DNA of 64,000 bases from Kiritimatiellia bacterium (lineage in GTDB: Bacteria; Verrucomicrobiota; Kiritimatiellia; RFP12; UBA1067): positions 9,034 through 73,033 of the forward strand of contig JAFTCL010000007.1 of NCBI GenBank assembly GCA_017454745.1, read 5' to 3'. Positions within the stretch are counted from its first letter, which is position 1; each line of letters begins with the position of its first letter. Shown here one piece after another: positions 16,531 to 26,666 of this stretch. The notes below the pieces were generated by a model. That model had not been told where the DNA came from and did not search any database. It worked only from the letters and a program-made list of their open reading frames with translations. The translations under genes were made by a program, and so were the position numbers.

Positions 16531-18828
16531 TTAAAACAATCCCTTGACCGCGGCCAACACGTCGGTGTCATGCGGCAGGAAGGCATGTTCCAGAGAATAC
16601 GCCTGCGGGGCGATACCGTCCTTGGCACCGACGCGGACCACCGGAGCGTCGAGATAATCGAACGCCTCGGCCATGATGCGCGACGCGATCTCGGCGGTGA
16701 AACTGCCGATGCTTACGCAATGGCTGGCCACCACGCACTTGCCGGTTTTGCGGACCGAAGCCAGAATGGTTTCCATGTCCAGCGGCACCAGCGAACGGAT
16801 ATCCACCACCTCGGCGGAGATACCTTCCGAAGCCAGCTGATCCGCCGCCTTCAGCACATCGAACAGCATCGGGCCCCAAGTGACCAAAGTCACCTGATCG
16901 CCGGCGCGCTTGATGTCCGCCTTGCCCAGCGGGATGGTGTACTCCTCTTCAGGAACGACGCCTTTGGTGTTGTAAAGAATCTGCGACTCGACGAACATCA
17001 CCGGATTGTTGTCGCGAATGGCGGACTTCAAAAGGCCCTTCGCGTCATACGGGGTGGCGGGATAAACCACATACAAACCGGGAATGTGGGCGAACATCGA
17101 CTCCAGCGTTTGGGAGTGCTGGCCGCCGTAACCCTTGCCGCCGCCGACCGACGCGCGGTAAACTAAAGGAACCTCGATGCTGGCACCGGACATATAGTGC
17201 CACTTCGCGGCCTGGTTGGAGATCTGGTCGGAAGCCATCAAACCGAAGTCCATGTACATCAGTTCCACCACCGGACGCATGCCGGTCATGGACGCGCCAA
17301 CCGCGGTGCCGCAAATACAGGCCTCGGAAATCGGCGAGTTGAAAACGCGGTCGCGGCCGAAGGATTCAATCAATCCCTTGGTGACCTTGAACGCGCCGCC
17401 ATATTCGGCGATATCCTCGCCCCACTGGACAACGCGCTTATCGCGAACCATCTCCTCCATCAACGCCGACTTGACCGCGTCCTTGTAGGTGATCTGGCCG
17501 TCTTCGGTACGCTTAACCACCGGCAGATCGGCATCGGGCTTGACGTTCGCGAACTCTTCCGGAACCACCTCGGCGGTGGTGTCGGTGTACATATAGCGGA
17601 TTACGTCGGCGGGATCGGGGTCGGCGGAGAAAGCCGCCTTGGCCGCCATACGGGCGTTGCGGTCAACCACCTTCTGCTTGAGGGCGGCGAGCTTCTTCTC
17701 GGTGATGCACCCGTTGTCCAGCAACTGCTTCTCAAAGGTCGCGATCGGGTCGATGGCCTTCCAAGTGGCCTCTTCCTCTTTGGAGCGGTACTCGGTGCGC
17801 GGGTCACCCAGCGAATGGCCGTAATTGCGGTAGGTGTCAACCTCAATCATTACCGGCCCCTGCCCTTTGCGGCACATTTCGGCGGCACGGCGGATCGCAT
17901 CGCGGCAAGCGAGCAGATCCATGCCGTTCACCACCTCGGCGTGCATGTTGTTCTCGGCAAAACCGGCAGCACGGCGGGCGACGCAGGACACCCCCGCCAC
18001 CTCACCATCGATACGCCCGGTGAAACCGTAATGGTTGTTGGTGATGACGTAAATGATCGGCAGCCCGAACGGATGCTTGGTGTAGGTGGGATCGGTGAAC
18101 TGGCCCATCGCCGCCCAGTTCAGGGATTCCAGCACCACGCCGTTGGCGTACGCGCCGTCACCGGCGAAACAGCAAATCACCTTTCCGGTGTCGAAATAAC
18201 GCGAGCTCATCGCGGCGCCGGTGGCGATCGGCACGCCGCCGCCGACAATCGCGTTCGCTCCCAGATGGCCGGCCTTGAAGTCGGCAATGTGCATTCCGCC
18301 GCCGCGCCCCTTGCAGTAGCCGTCCTCTTTGCCGAACAGCTCCGCCAAAGCGCGGTACAGGTGGTTCTCCAGCGCAGCCTCGATCAAATCCTTTTTCTTG
18401 TCCGAAGCGCAATCCGGCACCCGCGCCTTAAGTTCCGCCACGCTCATGCCGCGGATGGACTGGCAACCTTTGGCGATCGAGTGGCCGTGGCCGCGGTGGG
18501 TGGAGGTGATGAAATCGTTGTAGGCGATGGCCGAACAGCAACCGACCGCATAACCCTCTTCGCCGATGGAGACGTGGGTCGGCCCGCGATACTGGAATCC
18601 CTTGCAGGCGTCATAGGCGCCGGAACGCAACTTGACGATCATCTCTTCAAACTCGCGCACGGTCAACATATCCTCAAGGATATCCACCGCCTGAGCGGCG
18701 GTAATGGTGCCGGCCGCCAACTCTTTTTTGAGGTTACCGCGATACTGGTATTGCGGAATCTTTCCCAATTCCAAGGCCCTGGGCTTGAAATTGGGCTTTA
18801 AATTGCTGATATACGTGTTGTCTGCCAT
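16531..18828 (-). CDS. TPP-dependent 2-oxoacid dehydrogenase E1 component, fused alpha and beta subunits
   Basis: N-terminal half is E1-alpha-like (GHSIAKG..., TPP-binding GDGA...N). C-terminal half is E1-beta/transketolase-pyrimidine-binding-like (FNSPISEACICGTAVGASMTGMRPVVE). 765 aa. Confidence 0.8.
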   Translation of the reverse strand: MADNTYISNLKPNFKPRALELGKIPQYQYRGNLKKELAAGTITAAQAVDILEDMLTVREFEEMIVKLRSGAYDACKGFQYRGPTHVSIGEEGYAVGCCSAIAYNDFITSTHRGHGHSIAKGCQSIRGMSVAELKARVPDCASDKKKDLIEAALENHLYRALAELFGKEDGYCKGRGGGMHIADFKAGHLGANAIVGGGVPIATGAAMSSRYFDTGKVICCFAGDGAYANGVVLESLNWAAMGQFTDPTYTKHPFGLPIIYVITNNHYGFTGRIDGEVAGVSCVARRAAGFAENNMHAEVVNGMDLLACRDAIRRAAEMCRKGQGPVMIEVDTYRNYGHSLGDPRTEYRSKEEEATWKAIDPIATFEKQLLDNGCITEKKLAALKQKVVDRNARMAAKAAFSADPDPADVIRYMYTDTTAEVVPEEFANVKPDADLPVVKRTEDGQITYKDAVKSALMEEMVRDKRVVQWGEDIAEYGGAFKVTKGLIESFGRDRVFNSPISEACICGTAVGASMTGMRPVVELMYMDFGLMASDQISNQAAKWHYMSGASIEVPLVYRASVGGGKGYGGQHSQTLESMFAHIPGLYVVYPATPYDAKGLLKSAIRDNNPVMFVESQILYNTKGVVPEEEYTIPLGKADIKRAGDQVTLVTWGPMLFDVLKAADQLASEGISAEVVDIRSLVPLDMETILASVRKTGKCVVASHCVSIGSFTAEIASRIMAEAFDYLDAPVVRVGAKDGIAPQAYSLEHAFLPHDTDVLAAVKGLF

Positions 18829-19017
18829 CTGTCCTCATTCCTTTCAGTTGTTCATCGGCTCCACACCACGGGAGCCGCCTAACAAAACTCACGGATTATC
18901 CACGCCGAACCGGTCACCCGGGCGTAAAAATCCCCCTTGTAAAATCCAAACCATTTAACCAAAAATAACGCCTAAAATCAAGACGAAACTTAATGCCTCT
19001 AGCTCAATACCGGCGGT

Positions 19018-22000
19018 TTAGTACAAAAGGATCAAGGTGCCGATATCGCGAACCGCATAAAGAATGCCGTCGCGCAAAACCAGTTGCGTCTCAACACCGT
19101 CAACCGCCGGAGTGTCCAGCAAGAAATCTTCCAGCGTCAACCCGGGGCATTGGGTAAGGTCGATAAGCGTCTTGCGACCATCGGCAAATGGCGGGACGTG
19201 CAGAACTATCCTATCGCCAAGTTTGTCCATAGCGCCGTTAACCGCCAGTGTTCCGGTCTCCGCAAAGGTTATCTCGCCAACGGTAACGTTTCCGTTGATA
19301 CCTGCGCCGCCCAGCAATGACAGCTTATAGGCGGCAAGCGCGGAACCATTCACTGCAAAGTCCGAACCGTCATCCATCGTGACCGTTTCAACCACAGCGG
19401 ATTCAGCGGCGGAGATGGTAGAACCGGCTGCCGTGACGTGTACTGATGTCATCGGCAAATCGTCTTGCATAACCTCGATACCGGTAACCCACTGCTCGGC
19501 AACCGCACCACCGGTGGCGGCGGAAATTCCCAAATACACCTCTTTGGTGCCGAAGTAATCCACCAGATCGACAACCTCCGGGCAATCGGCGGCGACCACG
19601 ACGCCGTTTTGGGTCGCGGTGGCGTTCAGCGAAGTCAGGTCGTAGCTCAACTCGATGGTGGTTGGCGTGCCCGAAACCAGATTGATGCCCGTGTTTTTCA
19701 TCTGGCCGTAATTGGCGACGAAATTACCGTTCTTCAGCCAGCGGAAATATTGGTCACCGTAAATGTTCACCGACCAACCGATCGACGAGGTAAACCCTCC
19801 GGAGTAACCGACCGCACCGCCGGTATTGCCGATGGTGTTGGTGGCGTTGTTGTGCAGGAAGAACGCCGCACCGTCCGCAGGAGTGCCGCTGGAGAAGGCC
19901 AGATAGGTGAATCGGGCGGTGAAGGGACGGGAAACGTCCAACTTCTTAGCCATTGTGGCGGCGGCGCGCAAGCTGCCGCTCTGGGTGGTAAGCCTTATCG
20001 CAGGAGCTCCATTGGTGGTGATTATCTTAGCCTGGTCGATCAAATACCAGTTGGAGGCGTCAATTATCCCGGCCAGATCCGCCATCGACGGATAACGCTT
20101 GACCTTGAAGGTCGAAGTGAAATCAGTGATGTTCTGATCCACGGAACTACCGCCGGTAGCGGCGGTGAAACCGACAAACGCAGTCGTACTGTTGAGTTGG
20201 TTGGTGATGTTTACGCTCTTGGTGTAGGTCTGGGTAGTTGACCCAACGGTGACCGTCTGGGTAAGCGTCCCGACGCCGTCGTAACTGATTGTCCACTTGG
20301 CATTACCACTTTGGAAGTTGAACCCGCTTATGCCTTTGCCATCAACTTTGCCAGCGTTGATGATAAATCCTACTTGGTCGGGGTTACTGTAAACATTGGC
20401 GTAAACACCTACCGACGGATTAAACACCGTCATGCCGAGCGAACCGCCGTTCCTGCCAATCTGCAACGGCGGCGAATTGTGCAGGATGAAAGAGAAACCG
20501 TCCGCCGGCGTGGATGTCATCGCCCCGGTTTTGTAAGTGAAACTAACACTCCACGGTTGGGAAATATCAACCCGCTCCGGCCAAAACGCCGTTGCGGCGC
20601 AATAGGTCTTATTGTCCGTCAAGTGCAGGGTCGAGCCGTCGGAGGAAATGTTGGCCGTGCAGTTGGAACCTTGTACGAACCAGTTGGCGAACCCGGTCAG
20701 AACATTTTCCCGGTAATCGCCGGCAGAGAGACCGAGCGTGCCGCCATTCAACAGCACATCCTGATGGGAGAAAACCGCAGGATCGGACAGATTCAACGTA
20801 CCGCCGGCATTAACCTGCGCGATCAGTTGCGACGCGTTGCCGGAAGTGACGGTGGATGTGACACCGTTGTCCACCACCACCTTTCCTGATCCGAAAAATC
20901 TGCCGGACAGATTGCCGGCCGTCACGAACTCGGCACCGGCGGCAACCGACAAAGCGCCGGCGGACATTGCGGAACCGGCACCTTGAACCAGACAGCCGGC
21001 ATTGACCCTGGTGGTGCCGGTATAGGTTTGCGGCGCGGTAAGAGTAACCGTGCCGCTACCGTCCTTGATCAACCCGCCCGCGCCGGACACAATGTCTCCG
21101 AAATCGTTATCACCGTTACTGTCCAGATAAACAGTGCCTCCAGCCGTATCAATACCGCCGGTAGATGCCCACGAGAAATTCCCGCCGTTGCCGATATACA
21201 TTCGGCTGGACGCATTTCTAAGGGTAACCCGGCCGTTATAGGTATTCTCAGAACCAGCAAAACGCAGGAAACCGCCATCGGTGAATTTTATTGCGCCGTT
21301 ACCGCTGAGGTCGCCCAGCACCGTCATGCAATAAGTACCCCACGGATGGAACTCTGCGCCGTTCGCGCCGACAAAAATGCCGCGGGTGGCGGCTAACGTG
21401 AAGTTGGCATTGCCGGAGCGTAAAGTGCCACCGTCGATGGTGATATTGTCTGGATCTTTCTCCGCCGGCACCGCGCCGAAACCGTCCTCCGTGGCAAACA
21501 CCGCGCCGCCAGACGCGATTACCGTGCCCTGCGAATAGCTATTCGCAGGGTTGGACAGATTAACCAGTCCGCTCTTTGACACTTTCACCTGCACCCCGGA
21601 ATCTTGGTCGGAAAGAAGCGGACGATATCCGGTGTTGGAAGATGAAACCCACGCAGTGGCCCCACCTCCGAGGGTTATCGTATTCTCAACATTCGGGAGA
21701 ATTGTCCCCGTTCCGGTAAGACTGGTCGGAGCGGAATCGATTAAAGTACCGATCGGGAACTTGCCCAGATCGACGTTGAAGTGGGCGCTGTTTGCGGTAA
21801 GAAGGATCTGGACCGGTCCATCAGCCTGAATGCGAGTGTTGAGAAAATCACGCCCTAAATCGGCATCGGGCTGGATGACCGTACCGGCGCTCATGGCAAT
21901 TGTACCGGTGAATCCGGCCGCGGTAGGCGAACCTAGCACCAGCTTGCCGCTTTCAACCGTTATCCCGCCGGTCATGCCGGAGTTCGCGCCAGATAAAATC

Positions 22001-24189
22001 AGACTGGCCGTTGGGGACGCGCCGCGAACAATTACCCGCGCCGGGATTCCGTTGGCATCGCTGATCAAACCGGTGTAATTCCAATTGGCGCCGACCGCCG
22101 GCTTGAACACGTACAAATTATCATACGGCGTAATCGTGCCATTGTGCATCACCGATCCGGTAACCACCAAAGTTACGCCGGGATATTCGCTTAAATCAAG
22201 GTTCTCCGCCGTATTGTTTCCGTAAAGACGCAACGAGCAAACCGCATCTTTGGGAAGCAAGGACAGCAGACGGGCAGCCCCGCCAACCGCGTCCCAACCG
22301 ATCGAAGTGCCGTCCGCCACGGTCAACGTTCCAGCATAATCGCCGGGCAAGGCGTTATCGCCGATAAATACCAATGTCCCCTCGCTCAAAACGATATCGC
22401 CGGTGAAAGCGAAGTTGTCGCCGCCAAGCAACAACTCGCCCGATCCGGTTTTGGTCAACACCGCATTCTCGGCGTTTGACAGCGCCACGGAAGACGATGT
22501 GGTAACCCCCTCGCCAACATCGATGGTTAAACCGTTCTCGCCGATGAAGAACTCGTCGATCGTCGAGTCAAGGATCGTACCGCCGGCCGAGGCGTTGATA
22601 GTGCCGCCGTCAACGGTGAGCGTTCCGGTTCCGGCCGTGTTGTATGGCCGGATATTCACGGCGGAAACATAACCGCCGGGGGCAATGTCCAAGATGCCGA
22701 TACCGGCGTCACCTTCGCCAATAAACAGGGTGGAGCAATACAACGATCCGGCCAAATGTACGGTACCGGTGGCGTTCAACGCCCCCAAAATGCAATGGGA
22801 TTTGGCCGACACCACCGCACCGGCGGCGATATCCGCCGAACAGTACGCCGAGCTGTTTCCGAAGCGCAACCAATCGTCCACCAAAAGCTGGGCGCCGGGC
22901 TCCATGTGAACCTCCGCGTGACCGTCAGCTAAATGCCCAATATACGCAACGCCGGACGTATGAATCGTGCCGTTGGTCTTAATGTTCAGCGTCATCGCAG
23001 AATTCACGCCATAGCCGGCGTAAAAATTGTTGCTGTCGTCCAGCAACGCCGTTCTTTGAGGATCGCCGCCAACGGTCAAAACACTACCGGCGCCATTGGA
23101 GTCGCCGAAGACATGGATATAACTCGAACCTTTATATCCGACGATGTTCAAAGCTCCGCTGGCAATTTCCAACGCGATCCGGTTTCCGCCCCAACCCCAA
23201 CGAGCATTGGCTGAAATCGTGGAGGTGTTGGTCACCGTAACGTTCGCGCCGTCAATGGTTAGCGAACCTGAAATCGGGCGCAACTCGCCGGTGGTGATGT
23301 CCGTGTTTACCACGGAGCCTTCGGCGTTGACGATCAGGCCGCGGTCGGCGGCGGGCGCAACGCCGTTAACCCACTCCGTACCGTTCCAAAGCGCGTTCTG
23401 GCGGTCGACCCGCTTGAAGGTCGCGTTCCCTTCCGCGTAATCACGCAACACCTGCTCCGGGGTGAGGTTGCCAGACTGGAAGCGCAAACGCGCGATGTCA
23501 CCGGAGAACGGATTAACCCAAGTGCTGGAGTTGACGTTCCAGACCCCGCCAAGAGTAAACAATGCAGTGTCACTAGCGATGTTTAACGTTAGGGTGTCAT
23601 GGTAAACCAACCGGCCGTCGAGATAAAGAAACTCCTTGGTGTAGGCATTCTGGTGAACGCAGACAATATGGTGCCACTCGCCGGCCGTCGGCCAAGTGAT
23701 GTTGGAACCCCACGAAGCGTTTTTACCACTGCCGTAATGCTCCACCGCATTGTCAGCGGCTGCCGAGTAACGGAATTCGCAAACTTTGCTGGTCCAGTTG
23801 GAGCCACGCGGAGTGGTGGCAAAATAGGTGCAGGTACCGCTGACGGTGGGACAAAACACCCAAGCTTCCATCGTCCACTCCTTGTTCTCACCGCACAAAG
23901 CTTCCGGCAAAGTGCCAAACGTGCCGTTGGTCATCACGTTCGCGGCGACTCCGGAAAAACGCACCACCGGGATTCCGTCCCGCATCTGGAACGTTGGCCC
24001 GCCCGTGCCGTTAATGGAAGCGAAATCCCCCTCGGTGCCGTTGTTGCGCCATATATTGACTTCGGCCCCAACGCCTGACGCGGACAAATCAGCCGCATCC
24101 AAATCCACGTAAACCGTACCCACCGTCTCCAACGCCGAAGCACTGAAAGCAACGCAAACCATACCAATGCTATACAACAATTTTTTCAT
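19018..24189 (-). CDS. Giant secreted protein with autotransporter-associated beta-strand (PATR) repeats and concanavalin/legume-lectin-like domains
   Basis: Signal peptide MKKLLYSIGMVCVAFSASA. Many repeats of the type TGSGELLLGGDNFAFTGDIVLSEGTLVF and GSGTVTLTAPQTYTGTTRVNAGCLV. Segments such as FSFILHNSPP.QIG..GGSLG are lectin-like. Confidence 0.7.
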   Translation of the reverse strand: MKKLLYSIGMVCVAFSASALETVGTVYVDLDAADLSASGVGAEVNIWRNNGTEGDFASINGTGGPTFQMRDGIPVVRFSGVAANVMTNGTFGTLPEALCGENKEWTMEAWVFCPTVSGTCTYFATTPRGSNWTSKVCEFRYSAAADNAVEHYGSGKNASWGSNITWPTAGEWHHIVCVHQNAYTKEFLYLDGRLVYHDTLTLNIASDTALFTLGGVWNVNSSTWVNPFSGDIARLRFQSGNLTPEQVLRDYAEGNATFKRVDRQNALWNGTEWVNGVAPAADRGLIVNAEGSVVNTDITTGELRPISGSLTIDGANVTVTNTSTISANARWGWGGNRIALEIASGALNIVGYKGSSYIHVFGDSNGAGSVLTVGGDPQRTALLDDSNNFYAGYGVNSAMTLNIKTNGTIHTSGVAYIGHLADGHAEVHMEPGAQLLVDDWLRFGNSSAYCSADIAAGAVVSAKSHCILGALNATGTVHLAGSLYCSTLFIGEGDAGIGILDIAPGGYVSAVNIRPYNTAGTGTLTVDGGTINASAGGTILDSTIDEFFIGENGLTIDVGEGVTTSSSVALSNAENAVLTKTGSGELLLGGDNFAFTGDIVLSEGTLVFIGDNALPGDYAGTLTVADGTSIGWDAVGGAARLLSLLPKDAVCSLRLYGNNTAENLDLSEYPGVTLVVTGSVMHNGTITPYDNLYVFKPAVGANWNYTGLISDANGIPARVIVRGASPTASLILSGANSGMTGGITVESGKLVLGSPTAAGFTGTIAMSAGTVIQPDADLGRDFLNTRIQADGPVQILLTANSAHFNVDLGKFPIGTLIDSAPTSLTGTGTILPNVENTITLGGGATAWVSSSNTGYRPLLSDQDSGVQVKVSKSGLVNLSNPANSYSQGTVIASGGAVFATEDGFGAVPAEKDPDNITIDGGTLRSGNANFTLAATRGIFVGANGAEFHPWGTYCMTVLGDLSGNGAIKFTDGGFLRFAGSENTYNGRVTLRNASSRMYIGNGGNFSWASTGGIDTAGGTVYLDSNGDNDFGDIVSGAGGLIKDGSGTVTLTAPQTYTGTTRVNAGCLVQGAGSAMSAGALSVAAGAEFVTAGNLSGRFFGSGKVVVDNGVTSTVTSGNASQLIAQVNAGGTLNLSDPAVFSHQDVLLNGGTLGLSAGDYRENVLTGFANWFVQGSNCTANISSDGSTLHLTDNKTYCAATAFWPERVDISQPWSVSFTYKTGAMTSTPADGFSFILHNSPPLQIGRNGGSLGMTVFNPSVGVYANVYSNPDQVGFIINAGKVDGKGISGFNFQSGNAKWTISYDGVGTLTQTVTVGSTTQTYTKSVNITNQLNSTTAFVGFTAATGGSSVDQNITDFTSTFKVKRYPSMADLAGIIDASNWYLIDQAKIITTNGAPAIRLTTQSGSLRAAATMAKKLDVSRPFTARFTYLAFSSGTPADGAAFFLHNNATNTIGNTGGAVGYSGGFTSSIGWSVNIYGDQYFRWLKNGNFVANYGQMKNTGINLVSGTPTTIELSYDLTSLNATATQNGVVVAADCPEVVDLVDYFGTKEVYLGISAATGGAVAEQWVTGIEVMQDDLPMTSVHVTAAGSTISAAESAVVETVTMDDGSDFAVNGSALAAYKLSLLGGAGINGNVTVGEITFAETGTLAVNGAMDKLGDRIVLHVPPFADGRKTLIDLTQCPGLTLEDFLLDTPAVDGVETQLVLRDGILYAVRDIGTLILLY

Positions 24190-24276
24190 AATTCCCTCAA
24201 CATACAACAAGCACCGATCCCAAAGCATCGGTCATTCACATTAACGCAGTATGACCTGTACCCACGACATAGACTC

Positions 24277-25776
24277 CTACTCGTGATGATGATGCCCTTT
24301 GGGGTTAGGCACATACCCCAGTGCGCAAACGAACGACAAGGCCCAAACCAACAGCACGGCGGGATCGCGGAACGGCAAATCCGCAAAGGAGTGGACAACG
24401 GTGGCGATCGGGCCGACGAGCGCAACAATGCAGACCGGACTGTGGCAATAGACCCAGCGCGGCCACGGCACCGGCTGGCGTGACGCTCTCGACTCGCGGT
24501 ACCGCTTGAACATGGCAACCAGCAACGGTATCACCAAAGTCCAGGCGCAAAGCACCATCAGACCGAACCCCAGCACCCCCTGCTCCGCCAAAAACTGCAT
24601 CGTGTCGTTGTGGACGTTAACCCCGCCGACCACCTGTATGTGTTTAAGCTCCTCCGGGGTCATGTACTGCATCTGAAGGAAACCGTAACTCCATCCCCCT
24701 GCCCCAAACAGTTTATGGTCTTTAAAGATCTCGTTAGCCACCCGGGTGTGGTATTGTTCCGCGCCGGTGACACGGGAGACGATCGCCTGCCAAGAAATGG
24801 TGTTCAATTCGTTCTTCATCCCGCTGGGGGCAAACACGGTCATCGCCAAAACCACAAACAAGACCACGGCCTGCAGGGTGGCGAACATCTTGACTTTGGT
24901 GCCGCGTTCGGAATTTTGCCAAACGCCGACCACCATGTAAATCGACAACCCAAACAATATCGCCAACGATAGCATAATCGCGGCGCGGCTCAATGTGGTA
25001 AGCGCGGCGGCAAAATTAAGCGCGGCCGGAAGCAGCATACGCTGTTGGGCGGCCAATGGTTTTTCCTCCGGCAGCTCGCGCAGACTTTCGGTAACCGCCG
25101 GGCCGATTTTGGTTTCGGTCACGTGTGCGAACCACATTCCGGCCGACAAGGCGAAATGCAGGGTGAAGAACGCGCCGGCAATGTTGGGATAACCGAATGT
25201 GGAGAAGAAATCCGAGAACTTTGCCGTGCCCCAATAGACGCTGGTGGCCCCGGTGAACTGCTGGACAAAACCGAACACCGCCAAGGCCGCGCCATTCCAA
25301 CAAATCATTTCCAATAGTACGCGCTTACCTCGCTTAAGCAGACCATGCCGCACCGCCAGCAAGGATACCAGTGTCGGAATGAACCACAGCAACAGTGATG
25401 CGTGGTCAACGGCGGAAACACAGGACGGCAGCCATTTGTGCGGAGCCGGCTTGTTAACCCACTCCCCGGTCACCCGGTTCAATTCCGGAATTCCGGTTTC
25501 GTTGAACATCGGAAGCACCAAAAGCACCGTCAAGGCGATGGAAAGGTAGAGCAACGGATCGCGGCGCAAATGGCGTTTTACCCGATCTCGGGCGTCGGAG
25601 AGCGTCTCGGTGCTCTTGCACTGCGGAAAGAATATCGCGACCTCAACCACCATCAGCGTCAGCCACGGTATAACGGGCAACAGCAAATCCGCCCGCGTTC
25701 CGCCGTGAATCCACGAGTACGCGGCTATCAAAACCATCACCTGTATCGCCAACGCGTTCTTAATGAAAAACTTCAT
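24277..25776 (-). CDS. O-antigen ligase/polymerase (Wzy_C) family membrane protein
   Basis: About 12 TM segments. Central segment TTLSRAAIMLSLAILFGL and the loop architecture are typical of WaaL/Wzy-type proteins. Confidence 0.55.
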   Translation of the reverse strand: MKFFIKNALAIQVMVLIAAYSWIHGGTRADLLLPVIPWLTLMVVEVAIFFPQCKSTETLSDARDRVKRHLRRDPLLYLSIALTVLLVLPMFNETGIPELNRVTGEWVNKPAPHKWLPSCVSAVDHASLLLWFIPTLVSLLAVRHGLLKRGKRVLLEMICWNGAALAVFGFVQQFTGATSVYWGTAKFSDFFSTFGYPNIAGAFFTLHFALSAGMWFAHVTETKIGPAVTESLRELPEEKPLAAQQRMLLPAALNFAAALTTLSRAAIMLSLAILFGLSIYMVVGVWQNSERGTKVKMFATLQAVVLFVVLAMTVFAPSGMKNELNTISWQAIVSRVTGAEQYHTRVANEIFKDHKLFGAGGWSYGFLQMQYMTPEELKHIQVVGGVNVHNDTMQFLAEQGVLGFGLMVLCAWTLVIPLLVAMFKRYRESRASRQPVPWPRWVYCHSPVCIVALVGPIATVVHSFADLPFRDPAVLLVWALSFVCALGYVPNPKGHHHHE

Positions 25777-25781
25777 GCAGC

Positions 25782-26654
25782 CTATTCCTTTCCTGACAAA
25801 AATTCCTCCAGTGCCCGGTGCCAGTCCGGCATCGTGTAACCGACGGACCTTAAACGCGCCTTATCCAAGCGGGAATTGGCCGGCCGCGGAGCGGGACGGG
25901 GAAACTCCTCGGTGCGGCAGGGTCGGATGGTTCGCCGCAAACCGCGCAACCGGAAAATCTCGCCCGCAAATTCGTACCAGCTCGCCTCCCCCTCGCAAGA
26001 GCCGTGCAAAACACCCGGCACCGGATGATCCAGCAACCACAAAAGCAAACGGGAAACCGCCAAAGTCGAGGTTGGGTTTCCCAATTGGTCATCCACCACC
26101 TTCAACGGTTCCCCCTGCGAATCCGCGCCGAGTTTGAGCATGGTGTGCACAAAACTCGGGCCGCCCAGACCGTAAAGCCAGGCGATCCGTACAATGGTGT
26201 GTTGGTCGGGCAATTCCTCGGCGATCGCCCGCTCGCCGGCAAGTTTGCTCATGCCGTAAACCGTGGACGGGGCGGTAAGATCGGTCTCAAGGTAAGGAGT
26301 GGATTTCTTGCCGTCGAACACATAATCGGTAGAAATCCCGACCAACCGCGCGCCCGCCGATCTGGCGGCTACCGCCACATTGCGGCTGCCGGTCTCATTG
26401 AGCAGAAAAGCCAAATCGCGATTGCTTTCGCAATCGTCAACCTTGGTCATCGCCGCGCAATGCACCAAAGTGTCCGGACGGAACCCGGATATCGCGGCGG
26501 CCAAAGTTTCCGGACGGGTGATGTCCACCTCCGGCAGATCCGCCACCGCCACCGTGTGCCCGGCGGCGGACAATGTTGACGCCAGCGTGCGGCCCAGCAT
26601 TCCTTTTCCGCCGGTAATCATTATCCGGTGTGATATACCCGACTTTTCCGTCAT
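25782..26654 (-). CDS. rfbD: dTDP-4-dehydrorhamnose reductase
   Basis: IMITGGKGMLG Rossmann motif, ...STDYVFDG... and YG.SKLAGE catalytic YxxxK region. Confidence 0.8.
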   Translation of the reverse strand: MTEKSGISHRIMITGGKGMLGRTLASTLSAAGHTVAVADLPEVDITRPETLAAAISGFRPDTLVHCAAMTKVDDCESNRDLAFLLNETGSRNVAVAARSAGARLVGISTDYVFDGKKSTPYLETDLTAPSTVYGMSKLAGERAIAEELPDQHTIVRIAWLYGLGGPSFVHTMLKLGADSQGEPLKVVDDQLGNPTSTLAVSRLLLWLLDHPVPGVLHGSCEGEASWYEFAGEIFRLRGLRRTIRPCRTEEFPRPAPRPANSRLDKARLRSVGYTMPDWHRALEEFLSGKE

Positions 26655-26666
26655 GATTAAACCCGG

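Noticed and set aside
19018-24228. PEP-CTERM sorting signal on the giant PATR protein, as substrate for the nearby exosortase.
   Set aside because: The C-terminus (…AVRDIGTLILLY) lacks the Pro-Glu-Pro motif, TM helix and basic tail.
24189-24228. Upstream in-frame extensions of several ORF-track entries (MLWDRCLLYVEGI- before the PATR signal peptide; MARDSRMYHD... before the ABC ATPase; MQSQSAWYD... before ychF; MPCGFYEVE- before secA).
   Set aside because: Internal Met codons give canonical N-termini (signal peptide, Walker-region spacing, G1 motif), so the extensions are treated as non-translated.
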